Shown: positions 62,661 through 64,000 of the stretch, piece by piece
Layout of the letters: every line of letters starts with the position of its first letter
Position numbering within the stretch: position 1 is the first letter of the stretch
Assembly: GCA_037440465.1 (NCBI GenBank)
Contig: JBBIUB010000003.1
Coordinates: 29,811-93,810, forward strand
Direction: 5' to 3'
From: Coprothermobacterota bacterium
GTDB taxonomy: Bacteria > Coprothermobacterota > HKB111
DNA length: 64,000 nt
Notes under the pieces: model-generated
Told to the model about the DNA's origin: nothing
The model's input: only the letters and a program-made list of their open reading frames with translations
Database searches by the model: none
Translations under genes and position numbers: made by a program

Positions 62661-62816
62661 CTATCACATCTCCTCGCCTGGAGGGTGATATAGCACTTTA
62701 ATATTTTTTACTTGCCACGCACCCTTCAAACGCTCGCCACGAGAAAACGGGTGTTTTCAGACAGGCTAATATATGATTATAGCAATTTTTGCTTCAAGAT
62801 TTAGTAAAATGTACAT

Positions 62817-64000
62817 ATGATTATCAAACAGAAGGATGATTCAAATCCATATAATCAAGACTCGCTTCCTAAATTGGCAGATAATCTTGTTTCTGGTACA
62901 AAAAACTTACTTCGCGAAGCTAAGACCGAAGAAGACCTAAGAATTGGGTTTGAAAAACTCTTAGAACCGATATAGGTTAATTTAAATATTAAATCAGCTC
63001 CCAAATACGAGAAATCAGTCTTCAGTGGTCGTTCAGATGCAGTGCATGGTCAAGTTATCATTGAATATGAGCCACCTAAATCCTTTTCTTCAAAACGAAA
63101 TATTAATCAGGCCTATGATCAATTATAAGATTACCTAACCGATGAATTTGGAGAATCAAAATTAACAAATTTAATTGGCGTTGGATTTGATGGTGAACAA
63201 ATTTTCTTTGTTCAATACCAAGATGAATATGGCAAAAAGATAGATAAAACAAAATTCTTTATTCGTGGACCTTATGATTTTGATCCCGAAAGTGCCCGGA
63301 CTTTCTTAATCCATCTAAGAGCATTATCTCGACTTCCTCTTACGGCTGAAAATTTGGCTCAAAAATTCGGCCCTCAAAGCGTGCTTGCGCCAAAAATAGT
63401 TTCCGCTCTCGCCAATGCCTTGGAATACTGGGGCGACCAAACGCACATTCGCACCTTTTTTAACGAGTGGAAAAGATTATTTGGCATTGTTTACGGCGAG
63501 CAATTTACCGGTGGTCAGCAAGAAAAAGAAGCCGAGACACTTTCAAAACTCTACAAAGTCGGCAAAGAGACCGACTTTCAGGAACTTTTATTTTCTGTTC
63601 ACACCTATTTTGCTTTTTTGATGAAACTTATTGCCGCCGAACTTTTGACTTTAAGAGAAACCTCTTTTGGCTCTTCTCTTGCTTCCCAACTTGCCCATAT
63701 CTCTGACGATGAACTTAAACAACAACTTGAAGACATAGAAAACGGCGGAATTTACGCCCGAAGAGGGATAACCAATTTCCTGGAAGGCGACTTTTTCCGC
63801 TGGTATCTTGATACCTTTGACTCGCCAGAATTAAAAGAAGCTATCAGAGAAATTGCCCGATGTCTTTCTGAATTTGAACCGGCAACCAGCACATTAGACC
63901 CTGTTTCAACCCGTGATCTTCTCAAAAAACTTTATCAGTATTTAGTCCCACAAGAAGTTCGACATCGTCTTGGCGAGTATTACACGCCTGATTGGTTAGC
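62817..64000 (+). pseudogene. Type IIG-like restriction-modification enzyme (nuclease + N6-adenine methyltransferase), 5' part, with two in-frame stops
   Basis: Single frame from ATG 62817: TEEDLR, TAG at 62973, GRSDAVHGQVIIEYE, TAA at 63126, GVGFDG, HTYFAFLMKL, EGDFFRWY, and RDLLKKLYQYLVPQEVRHRLGEYYTPDWLA at the window end. Confidence 0.8.

Noticed and set aside
62973..63128. Stop-codon recoding (pyrrolysine or alternative code) in the RM gene
   Set aside because: The two stops differ (TAG and TAA), and both codons terminate normal genes elsewhere in the window.
63415..63706. Two short plus-strand ORFs
   Set aside because: They are alternative frames inside the RM gene.

Overview
AT-rich, densely packed bacterial chromosome segment. 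The gene content (tungsten/molybdenum AOR, Fe-S proteins, SLH protein, Na+-decarboxylase beta subunit) suggests an anaerobe; the lineage cannot be fixed from the sequence alone. Housekeeping genes include radA (partial), clpC, an EF-G paralogue, tRNA-Leu/Val/Asp, proS, guaB, rpmB, smpB, birA and Sua5. Metabolic loci are an 8-gene amino-acid dehydrogenase + aldehyde:ferredoxin oxidoreductase operon, a GH4/deacetylase/kinase operon with an orphan OadB-type subunit, a TPP-riboswitch thiMDEL salvage operon, moaC-MOSC/mogA and adenine deaminase. Signalling and transport genes include an HD-GYP protein, two tandem GAF-GGDEF paralogues, CopA and an SLH-fused peptide-binding protein. The most unusual locus is a secreted gingipain-like (C25) protease with a C-terminal catalytic domain whose propeptide-like domain is a separate, membrane-anchored downstream gene. 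The window ends in a type IIG-like restriction-modification gene with two stops confined to its nuclease region. I also found two small ORFs missing from the ORF track, a frameshifted GNAT gene and a family of 7/8-nt-period intergenic repeats. All calls are by-eye motif recognition; no database searches were run.
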